Assembly: GCA_945921465.1 (NCBI GenBank)
Contig: CAMEKS010000003.1
Span: 1 to 62,831, forward strand
Length of the DNA stretch: 62,831 bases
Origin: an uncultured Clostridia bacterium
GTDB lineage: Bacteria; Bacillota; Clostridia; Christensenellales; UBA1242
Direction of reading: 5' to 3'
Positions 50,159 through 60,716 of this stretch are shown here, piece after piece. Each line of letters begins with the position of its first letter. The first letter of the stretch is position 1. Made by a program: the position numbers and the translations under genes. The notes beneath the pieces were generated by a model. The model saw nothing but the letters and a program-made list of their open reading frames with translations, did no database searches and was not told where the DNA came from.

Positions 50159-50639
50159 AATTTCAACTTTGTTGTAATAATTTTAGCGAAAGTTAACGGT
50201 AAATAAACTCAAATAGCTGTTTCTATAAAAATGATATTAATTAAATTAGAATACGATTATTTATAACATTTTGTTATTAACTGACAAAATTACGAATAGA
50301 AGCGTAATAATATCAATATTGCATAAAATAATGTATTAGCCTATAATATCACCAATCGCATTGCAGCAAAATTGAAAATGCATTATAATAATATTGTAAT
50401 TTGTAAATTGATCTTGTAGAAATATACATACCGTTTTGTATAATATTGATTAATGTACGATATAGTATACCAAAAATATATTAATATAACTAATGTTTTT
50501 AGGCATTTGTAAATTATAATTTTATTTTTATTATGCTTATATCTATAGTTAACTCTTATTATAATTGTTTATACTTATAATAATGAACATAGTGAATTAA
50601 TTACGACACCAAAGATAATGAAGATTCATATATATCAAT

Positions 50640-51725
50640 ATGAGAAGTTTCAGTAATTATAGAATTAATTCCAAAAATCTAAAATACAATATTAGCATGT
50701 TCCGACGTTTACTAAAAGATGGCGTTAAATTATGTGCTGTAGTCAAAGCAAACGCCTATAGTCTTGGGGTAGAAGAAATTATTAAATTAATTGATAAAGA
50801 AGTCGACTACTATGCAGTTTCTAATGTTATTGAGGCAAAACAAATAAGAGATTTGGGGTACAATACTAAGATATTGGTGCTGGGCGCAGTGCCTCTGACC
50901 GCCATAGAGTATTGTGCAATTAATAATATAGACATAGCAATATTTTCTATAGATTATTTGCGTGCTGTTATATGCAATGTCCCACAAGGTTATCAACTTC
51001 ATATTCACCTTAAGGTCAATACTGGCCTTAACCGATATGGATTTAAGGACACAAAAGTTTTTGATAAAGCGCTTAAATTAGCCCAAAATTCAGATAATAT
51101 AATATTAGATGGCGTATTTACACACTTTGCAACTAAGGATAATGATATAGATTATATTAATATCCAAAAAGATATTTTTGACAGATATTGTCAAATGTGT
51201 CCCAAAGATATAATTAGGCACTGTGCTAATAGTTTTGCTACGACTTTGTCTAGTATTTATCAAATGGATATGGTTAGAATTGGTGTTAATATGTATGGCG
51301 ATATCCGAGAAGAAAGATTGTTATTAAAAGATGTCGTATCCATTGATTCGGTAATTGTAAATATCAATGATGTCAAAGCGACTCAAACTGTAGGATACGA
51401 CCGCACATACAAGTCAACAAGAAATAGCAAAGTGGCTGTCGTGCCATTAGGATATGCAGACGGAATATCAAGGCGTGCTAGTAACAAAATGAGAGTTCTA
51501 ATCAATGGACAATTTGCTAAAATTGTAGGGAATGTGTGTATGGATTGTTTTATGGTAGATGTCACAGATATTCCTAATGTATATGTTGGTACCAAAGTGA
51601 CTATAGTTGGCAAAGATGGGGATGAACGTGTTACATTTGGTGATTGGGGCAGATGTGCAGGTACTTCTGCATACGATATTATGGTTGGGTTTAGACATGA
51701 TAGGTATAATTATTTGATAGAATAA
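50640..51725 (+). CDS. alr: Alanine racemase
   Basis: AVVKANAY (PLP Lys), HLKVNTGLNRYG, FTHFA, HCANS, VRIG, VGYD, GYADG, GNVCMD. Confidence 0.93.
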   Translation: MRSFSNYRINSKNLKYNISMFRRLLKDGVKLCAVVKANAYSLGVEEIIKLIDKEVDYYAVSNVIEAKQIRDLGYNTKILVLGAVPLTAIEYCAINNIDIAIFSIDYLRAVICNVPQGYQLHIHLKVNTGLNRYGFKDTKVFDKALKLAQNSDNIILDGVFTHFATKDNDIDYINIQKDIFDRYCQMCPKDIIRHCANSFATTLSSIYQMDMVRIGVNMYGDIREERLLLKDVVSIDSVIVNINDVKATQTVGYDRTYKSTRNSKVAVVPLGYADGISRRASNKMRVLINGQFAKIVGNVCMDCFMVDVTDIPNVYVGTKVTIVGKDGDERVTFGDWGRCAGTSAYDIMVGFRHDRYNYLIE

Positions 51726-52177
51726 TGATTTGATTAGTCGCTATTTGTGATATTTTGCTTATTACTGCATAATTAGTGCATTCATAGGCGATTTAAGAAC
51801 AAATGATGAAGCACAAAGATTTGTTATATAGTCCAACTTTTTCTTAAAAAATGTAAAAAAGGTGGTTATAATTAATAATATATATAACTGAATAATTCAA
51901 ATACAAATAAAGAAATATGTTAAAAGTATAATGATAAATGTCGAGTCAATATATAATTGGCTTGATTTTTTATGCTGCATATTGTACACTAGATTTAGTT
52001 AAATAGATAAGTCACATTATATGATTTTAATTTTTAGATTTTTATTTCCAACAATGTGTTAAAGAATCATTTATTGGTTATATATGTTCGCAAAATAATA
52101 AAAATATTAGTTTTTATGTGATATTAGTGGTGATTAAATTTTTAAGTATTGCTAAATAAAATAAGGGAAAAAATATA

Positions 52178-52726
52178 ATGAGAATAGTAGCAGGTAAGTT
52201 CAAAGGAGTAATATTAAATACATTCCAATTAGATGATGTTAGGCCTACACCAGATAAGGTAAGGGAAGCGGTTTTTAGCAAAATACAATTTGACATACAG
52301 GGCAGCAATTGGCTTGATTTGTTTGGTGGTACAGGTGCAGTGGGATTAGAAGCGTTAAGTCGTGGTGCTAATAGCGTTGTTGTGGCAGATAGCAGTGACG
52401 ATAGCGCTAAGTTGATTATTAGTAACTATGCAAAATGTAAAATTAGACCCGATTTGTACCGATTAAATTTCATCAAGACAATAGAGCGTGTGAGCGGATT
52501 GAATAAACAGTTTGACTATATTTACCTAGATCCGCCATTTGCCAGTAATTATGCAGAAAAAGCAATTAAATTAATTAAAAACTATAATTTATTGTCGCCT
52601 ACTGGTGTGATAATTTGGGAGCATTTAAGGTCTAAGGATGTTAGCTCGTTCCAAGAATATTACAAAATAATTGACCAAAAATATTATGGAACAATTGCTG
52701 TTACTTTCTTAGGATTATGGGAGTAA
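52178..52726 (+). CDS. rsmD: 16S rRNA m2G966 methyltransferase
   Basis: MRIVAGKFKG, RPTPDKVREAVF, DLFGGTG..GLEALSRGA, YLDPPF. Confidence 0.95.
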   Translation: MRIVAGKFKGVILNTFQLDDVRPTPDKVREAVFSKIQFDIQGSNWLDLFGGTGAVGLEALSRGANSVVVADSSDDSAKLIISNYAKCKIRPDLYRLNFIKTIERVSGLNKQFDYIYLDPPFASNYAEKAIKLIKNYNLLSPTGVIIWEHLRSKDVSSFQEYYKIIDQKYYGTIAVTFLGLWE

Positions 52727-53070
52727 ATATGTATAGACTGGTCAATATCAAACAAGGTATGCCGTATTGCGATTATGCAATTTATTTAATGGAAAAAGAG
52801 ATAGAATATGCTAAAGCAGAAGGTAATAGAGTCTTGGTGTTCGTTCATGGATATGGTTCAAAAGGCTATGGCGGTGTTATAAAGCATGAGGTCGAGCATA
52901 GACTAAATCTGCTAAAGAAAAATAATAAAATAGTGACATACGTGTGTGGCGATAAGTGGGGTGAAACAAATGAAGATAAAATTGAAATTTGTAAAGTTGC
53001 ACCCGAATTAAATGTAAGTAATCAAGTGACCAATATCAATAGTGGTGTTACTGTGGTTTTGGTTTATTAA
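52717..53070 (+). CDS. Stand-alone Smr-domain protein (probable start 52729)
   Basis: VFVHGYGS..G.GG.IK and C-terminal NSGVTVV. Confidence 0.8.
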   Translation: MGVNMYRLVNIKQGMPYCDYAIYLMEKEIEYAKAEGNRVLVFVHGYGSKGYGGVIKHEVEHRLNLLKKNNKIVTYVCGDKWGETNEDKIEICKVAPELNVSNQVTNINSGVTVVLVY

Positions 53071-53210
53071 AAAGTATATCTAATAAGGATATGCTTTTTT
53101 TAATCATAAATTGATAAATTTCGACATATTATCTATTAATCGATTTGCTTATATGACTAGAGGCTATATGAGTGAGATTGGTTAATCAATATTAGATTGG
53201 TAGGTAATAT

Positions 53211-53450
53211 ATGGATACAGATTCAAGAGCGGAAATGTTGGCTAGATATATTATAGACAACAAAGCAACGATAAGATATACTGCAAAAATTTTTGGGATA
53301 AGCAAAAGTACCGTGCATAATGATGTATCTAATAGATTGATGGATATTAATCAATCTCTATATAATCAGGCACACAAAATACTAGCAAAAAATTTTGAAG
53401 AAAAACATATTAGAGGAGGTGCTGCGACAAAACGCAAATATGAGAAATAA
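53211..53450 (+). CDS. spoIIID: Stage III sporulation protein D
   Basis: ATIRYTAKIFGISKSTVHNDV..RL, HIRGGAATKRKY. Confidence 0.93.
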   Translation: MDTDSRAEMLARYIIDNKATIRYTAKIFGISKSTVHNDVSNRLMDINQSLYNQAHKILAKNFEEKHIRGGAATKRKYEK

Positions 53451-54489
53451 AACATTCGAACTGGTTAGTATCATTATGGGTGCGTTTATTGGAGCAGGCT
53501 TTATTAGTGGTAGAGAGGTGGCAATATATTTTGCAAAGTTTGGATTTTGGTCAATTTTGTTCTCTTTTATAGTTGTTTTAATATTTTATGTTTTGATTAA
53601 ATATGCGTTACTTATTGGCAAAAAATATAATATAGATGACAAAAATATGTTTATTGTGTACAATAAATATACCAATACTGTCAATATCTTAACTGTGTTT
53701 GCATCACTAATTAATATAGGTGCTATGATAGCGGGGGCATATAGTATAGGCAAAACTTTTGGCTTTGGCAATATTGGATATATATTGGCTGCTTCTCTAA
53801 TTATAATAACATATCTGATTGTAAAAAAACGCTTTGGAGGCTTAAGTTGTATTAATCAGATTTTTGCTTTTACTATCATTGTAATATTGCTATCTATTTC
53901 GATAATTACAATTTTTAAGCACAATGATTTAACATTGCCTTGTACTAACACTCTATTGGGATTTTTTGGTGGATTGAGCAACTCTATAATTTATGTGTTG
54001 TTTAATATGTACCTATTGGGTATATTAATGATTCAAATAGGAGCAAGGTATGACATTAAGACCATTAATCGTTCTAGCATTATTTCTGCTATATTGATAG
54101 GTGTGCTAATTTTATTTATAAGCTTATCTATTACGTTTTCTTCGCCAAACGTTTATAATAGTGATGTGCCAATGTTAGAGGAAAGTATTGTTATTAATAA
54201 TTGGTTTGCCTATGTTTTTGCTTTTTGTCAATTTATAGGAATACTAACTACTATTGTTTGCTCTACATATCTAGCTTCAAATGCTTTTGCACTTCGTATT
54301 AAGTCTTATAAATTTTCAATAATATTGTCATTATTAATTGGTTTGTTAATTTCATTTATTGGCTTTTATAATATAGTCGACTATTTGTATAAGCTAACTG
54401 GTGTATTTGGTTTGGCCTTGCTTGTGATTGTATGGAAAACGCTTCTGAAAGATAAAGGTAAAATAAAGTCTTTGAGATTGGAAACTTAA
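53395..54489 (+). CDS. YkvI-like multi-pass membrane protein (probable start ATG 53440, overlapping the spoIIID stop)
   Basis: GAFIGAGFISGREVAIYF motif; about 10 hydrophobic segments. Confidence 0.8.
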   Translation: MKKNILEEVLRQNANMRNKTFELVSIIMGAFIGAGFISGREVAIYFAKFGFWSILFSFIVVLIFYVLIKYALLIGKKYNIDDKNMFIVYNKYTNTVNILTVFASLINIGAMIAGAYSIGKTFGFGNIGYILAASLIIITYLIVKKRFGGLSCINQIFAFTIIVILLSISIITIFKHNDLTLPCTNTLLGFFGGLSNSIIYVLFNMYLLGILMIQIGARYDIKTINRSSIISAILIGVLILFISLSITFSSPNVYNSDVPMLEESIVINNWFAYVFAFCQFIGILTTIVCSTYLASNAFALRIKSYKFSIILSLLIGLLISFIGFYNIVDYLYKLTGVFGLALLVIVWKTLLKDKGKIKSLRLET

Positions 54490-54791
54490 TATCAAATTGA
54501 TATTGGATATCAAATATAGTTATATAACTTTATTGCAAATTATTCAATATCTTTTTTTTAATATGCTATGTGTTGGTTGCCTGATTATATATTTTTGTGA
54601 AATCTACAATAATGTCTCTATATAATAATTTAGTTACTTGTAGCCAATTAAGTTTTATATTATTTAGAATTAGATAGATAAAGCACTGGGTATTTGTATA
54701 TGACTAATTAATAAATTGCAAAATTAATTATTAATTGTTAATTGTTGTTTGACTAAATGAGTGTATAATAGTACAATAGATTAGTATATAT

Positions 54792-55814
54792 ATGAGGTTA
54801 TATATGAAACGAATATTTAAGATTGTATTAGTAACTATAATAGTTGTTGGCTTAATGCTTGGCGCATATTTTATATTCTTCCATAGAGATAGTAATTTGT
54901 CAGTATATCATAGTGCTAATAATATGATAGAGTATAGGCACAACTATCAATTTGATAGTAGTCTTGGCGGATTGGTTGATCTGGGTTATGGTGAAAATTA
55001 TGCTAATGCGTTTGATGATATTGAACATCGTGATTTAATTATAATTAGAGAAAAACTGTTCGTTGTCGACAGTGCAGACAAGTTAGAGGGCGGCACTGCA
55101 GAGAGTGGATTATTCTATTACTATGGTTATGCCAAGTATGAAGAGGCTATTTTTGAAGGTATCAAGTATTACTCTACATACACTAGCCTGGCTGGTAACG
55201 CAAAATTCCTAGCGGCAAAAGGTCATGAAAGACAAATAGAAATTTATCAGGGATATTTTAGCCAACTTACATCGATGTCTAGAGATATTATGAATAAGCA
55301 AGCAACTCTAGGAATAGAAGGTGGGATAACATATCCGGAATTATTACAAGATTATATTAACCTAAGGAATTCTTATCGTAATGCATTAAAAAGTGGTGCT
55401 GAACTGCTTATAAATCTGCGTGATTATGTTATAGAGTATGCTTATAATAACAATTATGAATTCTCTACATCTAATGTATTGTATGATTCGTTAGCTAGTA
55501 CCATTATCACTGCGACCAAAGCTGACATTAATCAGGAGATAAACTATCTGTATGATGCTTCGGAGTATATTGACAAGCTGCACACATACTATTCTACATC
55601 TAGCATTTCATATGGAACAGTAGATGAGATGCAATATCTTAATGCTTATAAGTTAATGTATTTCCGTGATAGGGAAGATTTTGATAAAATATATACATTT
55701 ACACATTTTCAGAAACAAGATTTGATTACAGGTAACAATATAATAAGCGCACAGATCAAGATAGACTTCTTAAGTTATGCCAGGATAGTAGTAGACCTGT
55801 TAGAGTTAAGATAG
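54792..55814 (+). CDS. Hypothetical membrane-anchored helical extracellular protein
   Basis: Basic N-terminus plus TM segment, Tyr-rich helical body. Confidence 0.75.
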   Translation: MRLYMKRIFKIVLVTIIVVGLMLGAYFIFFHRDSNLSVYHSANNMIEYRHNYQFDSSLGGLVDLGYGENYANAFDDIEHRDLIIIREKLFVVDSADKLEGGTAESGLFYYYGYAKYEEAIFEGIKYYSTYTSLAGNAKFLAAKGHERQIEIYQGYFSQLTSMSRDIMNKQATLGIEGGITYPELLQDYINLRNSYRNALKSGAELLINLRDYVIEYAYNNNYEFSTSNVLYDSLASTIITATKADINQEINYLYDASEYIDKLHTYYSTSSISYGTVDEMQYLNAYKLMYFRDREDFDKIYTFTHFQKQDLITGNNIISAQIKIDFLSYARIVVDLLELR

Positions 55815-55819
55815 GAGGG

Positions 55820-56911
55820 GTGAATATGCGAAAAATATTTGGTTTGATACTAAGCATAATAGCGGTTATTTGCCCAATGATTATAACAGGCTGCACGGTT
55901 GGTAGGTCGGGTGATGATATTAAAAATTTGTATACAATTATTAAAAACAATCATACAGATATAGATACTGGCGACAATGATATATTTGATGACAGTTATA
56001 CAATTAATATCTCTTATATTGATCGGATAGAGAATATTACCTTGGCTACAGCTGATACTTCTAATGCTAAGAATTTGTACACATTGTCTAATTTTTACAA
56101 TTCATTGTTTCAGGCTATCTTTCGATATTTTGAGAATTGGAATGAAAGTTTTTTTAACAATATAGATAAGGTGTCAACAGGCGAATTGGGGGAGTTATAT
56201 GCTAAGTTAAATTCGCTAAATTTATCCTTAATAGACTTATCTGATGCTAAACAAATTTTGGAAGATGCGGTGGTGCTAAATGGCGTAGATAATGTTTCCT
56301 CGCATTATATCACTAGCTATATTTATTTGCTTAATAATGTTGTAGAAGATTCTATTGAATTTGTTCAATATTTTAGAGAATTGCATATGTCTCATATTTT
56401 CAGGGATGACACATTATCATCTAATGCAGTATCTCGTACAATAGACGAAATGAATTTGACAATTGCTAGGATTATATATATAGATAATATTAGGCCATTT
56501 AATTTACAGAATGGCGAGTATAAGATATGTGATCTTAGTGCTTTAGTTAAGGCGTATAATTCTGGCAACCAATACGCAAGACTGGATATGTTGTCTAAGC
56601 TTAATAAGGAATTGTCTGATGCAATGGTCAATGCTTTGACGGAAAATAACGATCCTACTAGGACTGGCCAAGCAACTAAATATATGCATTACTCGGACAT
56701 ATTGAGACAAGATATTTTGGCACTGGATAAAATATATCAAGACATTGATTATTATAAGTTGTCATTATATAGATTTGGATTAATAGAAGGCGGGGTGGAT
56801 AACTACTATATTGGCCTTAGTTATATGGATAAATTATCTTACGAATTCTTAGACAATCTGCTGGACTTTGTGGATAATACTTATATGCCTTCTTATGCTA
56901 ATATTGTCTAA
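55820..56911 (+). CDS. Hypothetical lipoprotein
   Basis: Signal peptide ending in lipobox IITGC; AGGAGG RBS right after the upstream stop. Confidence 0.8.
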   Translation: MNMRKIFGLILSIIAVICPMIITGCTVGRSGDDIKNLYTIIKNNHTDIDTGDNDIFDDSYTINISYIDRIENITLATADTSNAKNLYTLSNFYNSLFQAIFRYFENWNESFFNNIDKVSTGELGELYAKLNSLNLSLIDLSDAKQILEDAVVLNGVDNVSSHYITSYIYLLNNVVEDSIEFVQYFRELHMSHIFRDDTLSSNAVSRTIDEMNLTIARIIYIDNIRPFNLQNGEYKICDLSALVKAYNSGNQYARLDMLSKLNKELSDAMVNALTENNDPTRTGQATKYMHYSDILRQDILALDKIYQDIDYYKLSLYRFGLIEGGVDNYYIGLSYMDKLSYEFLDNLLDFVDNTYMPSYANIV

Positions 56912-57009
56912 ATTTAGGCAAATTATTAAATTTTGCATAGTACTATGAAATTTAACACAATACGGCTATTCAAAGTAGTTTTTTTGTAGCAAGATTTTGC
57001 TAAGATTGT

Positions 57010-58749
57010 ATGTTTCAAATACATATAATTATTTGTACTAATATGTCAGTTATTGCATTTTTGGTACTAAAATTTTTGAAAATAATTTATATTATGGAGA
57101 AAGAAATGAACGATAATCAGAAGATAGCGGAGTTGTTGTTTCCTAACATAACTACAACACCAGAGTATTATTATAAGAAATATCCTAAGAGATATCTGAA
57201 AGACGGTGCGGAGGTCACTCGTATTGCACCTAGCCCAACTGGGTTCTATCATATTGGTGGCCTATATCAAGCAGTTATTGACAAGTTTGTTGCTGCGAAG
57301 TCTGGTGGCGTCTTCTATATGAGATTAGAGGATACTGACCAGAAACGAGAAATTGCTGACGCTGGTAATATTGCTTATGAGGCTTTGAGATATTATGGAG
57401 TAACCACCCAAGAAGGGTATATGGGTTCTTTAGGCGAGTCTGGTGAGTATGGTCCATATATCCAAAGCCACAGAGCAGAAATTTATCAGTCATTTGCTAA
57501 ATATTTGGTATCTATTGGCAGGGCATATCCATGTTTTTGTACTAAAGCAGAAGATAAAGCTGAAATATTAGAGAGGAGAGAAAAAGAACTAGAAGAAGGA
57601 ACTCTAATAATGCACGACAAGTGTCGTGAACTGACTTTATCGGAGATTGAGGATAATCTTAAAGCTGGTAAGCCTTTTGCAATTAGGTTGAAGTCTATGG
57701 GCGACCCTGACAAGACATTTACATTCCGTGATGAAATCAAGGGCGAAAGAGAGATAAGAGAGAATGGCAAGGATATTGTTATTCTAAAAAGTGATGGTAT
57801 TCCTCCATATTGTCTGGCACATCTAGTAGATGATACATTGATGGGTACAACTACTGTTGTTCGTGGTGAAGAATGGTATCAGTCTTTGGCTAGTCATATA
57901 GAGTTATTTGACGCTTTTGGTTTGCCTAGATTAAAATATGCTCACACTCCAGTCATATCTAAATTAGATAATGGCAATAAGCGAAAAATAAGCAAACGTA
58001 AAGATGTAGAAGCTGATTCTAGAAGTTTCCGAATTATGGGCTATCCAAAAGAAGCAGTTGTTGAATATTTAGTGACATTAGCCAACTCTGACTTCGAAGA
58101 CTGGCGTGCGGCTAATCCTGATGCAAAACTGCTAGACTTTCCTTTCTCAGTATCTAAGATTGGTTCTAACAATCCAATATTTGATTGGGCAAAATTGAAT
58201 GATATATCTAAGAACATTATAGCAAGATATTCTGCAGAAGAGATCTATAATAAGTCGTTGGCTTGGGCGAAAGAATACAATATGGATTTTGCTAAGAAAT
58301 TGGAAGATAACAAGGAATATGCTATATCTGTATTCAATATAGATAGGGAAATAGCAAAACCACGAAAAGATATTGCTAAGTGGGAAGATTTACCATCGTA
58401 TTATGACTATATGTTCAATGAATATGCAACTCTTAATGTTGATTTGGCGCAACTAGATATGAATGTTTTGGATATTCGTAACATTGTAGAAGATTATGTC
58501 AATACATTTGATTTTGGTGCAGACAAAGATCAATGGTTTGCTAGGGTTAAAGAATTAGCAGTCAAGCATAATTTCTGTATTGATAACAAACTGTACAAAG
58601 TAGATCCAACTAAATACAACGGAAATTTGGCAAAATTTTGTACTATAATACGGGTTGCACTTACGGGCAAGACTAACACACCTGACCTATATTCAATATG
58701 TATGTCTTTGGGTAAACGAGAATTGAAAAATAGGGCTCAGGCAATTTAA
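57010..58749 (+). CDS. gltX: Glutamate--tRNA ligase (probable start ATG 57106)
   Basis: TRIAPSPTG..HIGG, RLEDTD, YGPYIQS, VVRGEEW, KISKR. Confidence 0.95.
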   Translation: MFQIHIIICTNMSVIAFLVLKFLKIIYIMEKEMNDNQKIAELLFPNITTTPEYYYKKYPKRYLKDGAEVTRIAPSPTGFYHIGGLYQAVIDKFVAAKSGGVFYMRLEDTDQKREIADAGNIAYEALRYYGVTTQEGYMGSLGESGEYGPYIQSHRAEIYQSFAKYLVSIGRAYPCFCTKAEDKAEILERREKELEEGTLIMHDKCRELTLSEIEDNLKAGKPFAIRLKSMGDPDKTFTFRDEIKGEREIRENGKDIVILKSDGIPPYCLAHLVDDTLMGTTTVVRGEEWYQSLASHIELFDAFGLPRLKYAHTPVISKLDNGNKRKISKRKDVEADSRSFRIMGYPKEAVVEYLVTLANSDFEDWRAANPDAKLLDFPFSVSKIGSNNPIFDWAKLNDISKNIIARYSAEEIYNKSLAWAKEYNMDFAKKLEDNKEYAISVFNIDREIAKPRKDIAKWEDLPSYYDYMFNEYATLNVDLAQLDMNVLDIRNIVEDYVNTFDFGADKDQWFARVKELAVKHNFCIDNKLYKVDPTKYNGNLAKFCTIIRVALTGKTNTPDLYSICMSLGKRELKNRAQAI

Positions 58750-59158
58750 TATAATAGTGAATAAATTAATTCAAAGTAAATTAGACGCATTTATTTGAAG
58801 AACAAAAATGTTTTTGATTTCAAAAAGTTTAGTTTCTTATAATTGCGTCTTTTTTGTTGCTTTATTTTTATAATGTTTTATATTGTGTAATAGTTGATGT
58901 ATTTCATTTATAAGATCATGATATGCTACATTTTATTTCGAATTAAATCTAGCCATATCAGAGTGTAAGTAATACTTATTATGCTAATAATTTATGATAA
59001 TTACGTGAATTGTAAAATGCAATTATCCATTACAATGCGTGGTATTCATTTGCCAAAACATATCTAATGTTATATACTAACAAAGTATATATATTTATAA
59101 TCATATTTTAAGGCGAACATATGATTGTATTATTACAAATAACTTCTTAAGAATAATT

Positions 59159-60715
59159 GTGGATATTACAAAAGGAGCAAAAATGTTAGCAATTCTTAAC
59201 ACATTTGGTTTGTCTGGGATAGACGGCTATAAGATTAAGGTAGAGGTTGATATTAATCAAGGTTTGCCAGGATATGAAATAGTCGGACTGGTAGGTACAT
59301 CTATCAAGGAAAGTAAAGAACGAATAAAGAGTGCTATCAAGAATAGTAAATATCAATATCCGATTCTGAAAATCATAGTTAATATGGCACCGGCAGATAC
59401 TAAGAAAGAAGGCCCGATGTATGACTTGCCTATTGCATTAGGAATATTATGTGCTAGTGACCAATTGCCTGTAGATAGAGTAAGGGATTATGTTGTCTTG
59501 GGAGAGCTAGGGCTAAATGGAACGGTTAACAAAGTCAATGGAATTCTTCCAATCTTGATATCTGCTAAGCAAATGGGGCTGACCAAGTTTATTATCCCAA
59601 AGGGGAATGAGAAAGAGGCAAGTTTTATAGGCGGCATAGATATTTATCCTGTATCCACATTAGCAGAAGCTGTAGGCTTTTTGCTAGGTGAAGTAGATGT
59701 ACCTAAGGTAAAAGTACAAGATTTTAAGGATATATTGCACAACACCGAAGTACATAATGATTTTAAGTACGTTAGAGGTCAGTCTATTGCTAAGCGTGCA
59801 TTAGAGATAGCTGCGGCTGGTGGACACAATGTGTTACTCATAGGCCCTCCGGGCAGTGGCAAAACTATGCTAGCAAAAGCTTTTCCTAGTATCTTGCCAG
59901 ATCTTACATTCGATGAGGCATTAGAAATAAGCAAAATTCATAGTATTGCAGGGACTCTAGATTCTCGTATGGGAATATTAACCAAGAGACCATTCCGTTC
60001 GCCGCATCATACAGCCACTGTTATTGCACTTACTGGTGGCGGTAGATTGGCAAAGCCAGGCGAAATATCTTTGGCACATAATGGCGTATTATTTCTAGAC
60101 GAAATGCCGGAATATAATAGGAATTCGTTAGAGACTCTTCGTCAACCACTAGAAGATGGCGTAATTACCATCTCTAGACTAGAAGCTACTGTTGAATATC
60201 CAGCCAATTTTACTTTGATAGCTAGTATGAATCCTTGTCCTTGTGGTAATTATGGCAGCAGCACCAAAGAGTGTAAATGTACACCTCAAGAAATTAGAAA
60301 ATATTTAGGCAAGTTATCTGGGCCATTGATGGATAGGATAGATCTGCATATCGAAGTGGATAATGTCAACTATAACGACCTTAGGATAGAAGCAAATGAG
60401 GAGCCTAGTTGTAAGATAAAAGAGAGAGTGGATAGGGCAAGAGCAATACAATTAGAAAGATTTAAGGATAGTAGCAATTATTCTAATTCTAAGATGGATG
60501 ATAGACAAATTAGAAAGTATTGTAAGATTGACGACGATTGCGAGGAGTTGTTGAGATTTGCTTTTGAGAAAAATAATTTATCCGCAAGAGGTTATAATAG
60601 AATACTGAAAGTTGCTAGAACAATAGCTGACCTTGCTGGAAGTCCTGATATCAAAGATATTCATGTGATGGAAGCAATATCTTATAGGTCGCTAGACAAT
60701 AAATATTGGAGTTAG
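59159..60715 (+). CDS. yifB: YifB/ComM family Mg-chelatase-like AAA+ protease (probable start ATG 59183)
   Basis: NMAPADTKKEG..YDLPIA, GPPGSGKT, PFRSPHH, PGEISLAHNGVLFLDE, MNPCPCG, LSARG. Confidence 0.95.
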   Translation: MDITKGAKMLAILNTFGLSGIDGYKIKVEVDINQGLPGYEIVGLVGTSIKESKERIKSAIKNSKYQYPILKIIVNMAPADTKKEGPMYDLPIALGILCASDQLPVDRVRDYVVLGELGLNGTVNKVNGILPILISAKQMGLTKFIIPKGNEKEASFIGGIDIYPVSTLAEAVGFLLGEVDVPKVKVQDFKDILHNTEVHNDFKYVRGQSIAKRALEIAAAGGHNVLLIGPPGSGKTMLAKAFPSILPDLTFDEALEISKIHSIAGTLDSRMGILTKRPFRSPHHTATVIALTGGGRLAKPGEISLAHNGVLFLDEMPEYNRNSLETLRQPLEDGVITISRLEATVEYPANFTLIASMNPCPCGNYGSSTKECKCTPQEIRKYLGKLSGPLMDRIDLHIEVDNVNYNDLRIEANEEPSCKIKERVDRARAIQLERFKDSSNYSNSKMDDRQIRKYCKIDDDCEELLRFAFEKNNLSARGYNRILKVARTIADLAGSPDIKDIHVMEAISYRSLDNKYWS

Positions 60716-60716
60716 A

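Noticed and set aside
53120-53126. Perfect Spo0A box (TTCGACA) upstream of spoIIID
   Set aside because: A 7-mer is expected several times by chance in this window, and spoIIID is sigmaE-driven in Bacillus
56931-56950. TTGCATAGTACTATGAAA and similar sites as a dif/Xer site
   Set aside because: Lacks the 11-6-11 arrangement, and the motif is multi-copy
59114-59127. CGAACATATGATTG upstream of yifB as a LexA box
   Set aside because: Right half deviates from GTTC; not distinguishable from chance
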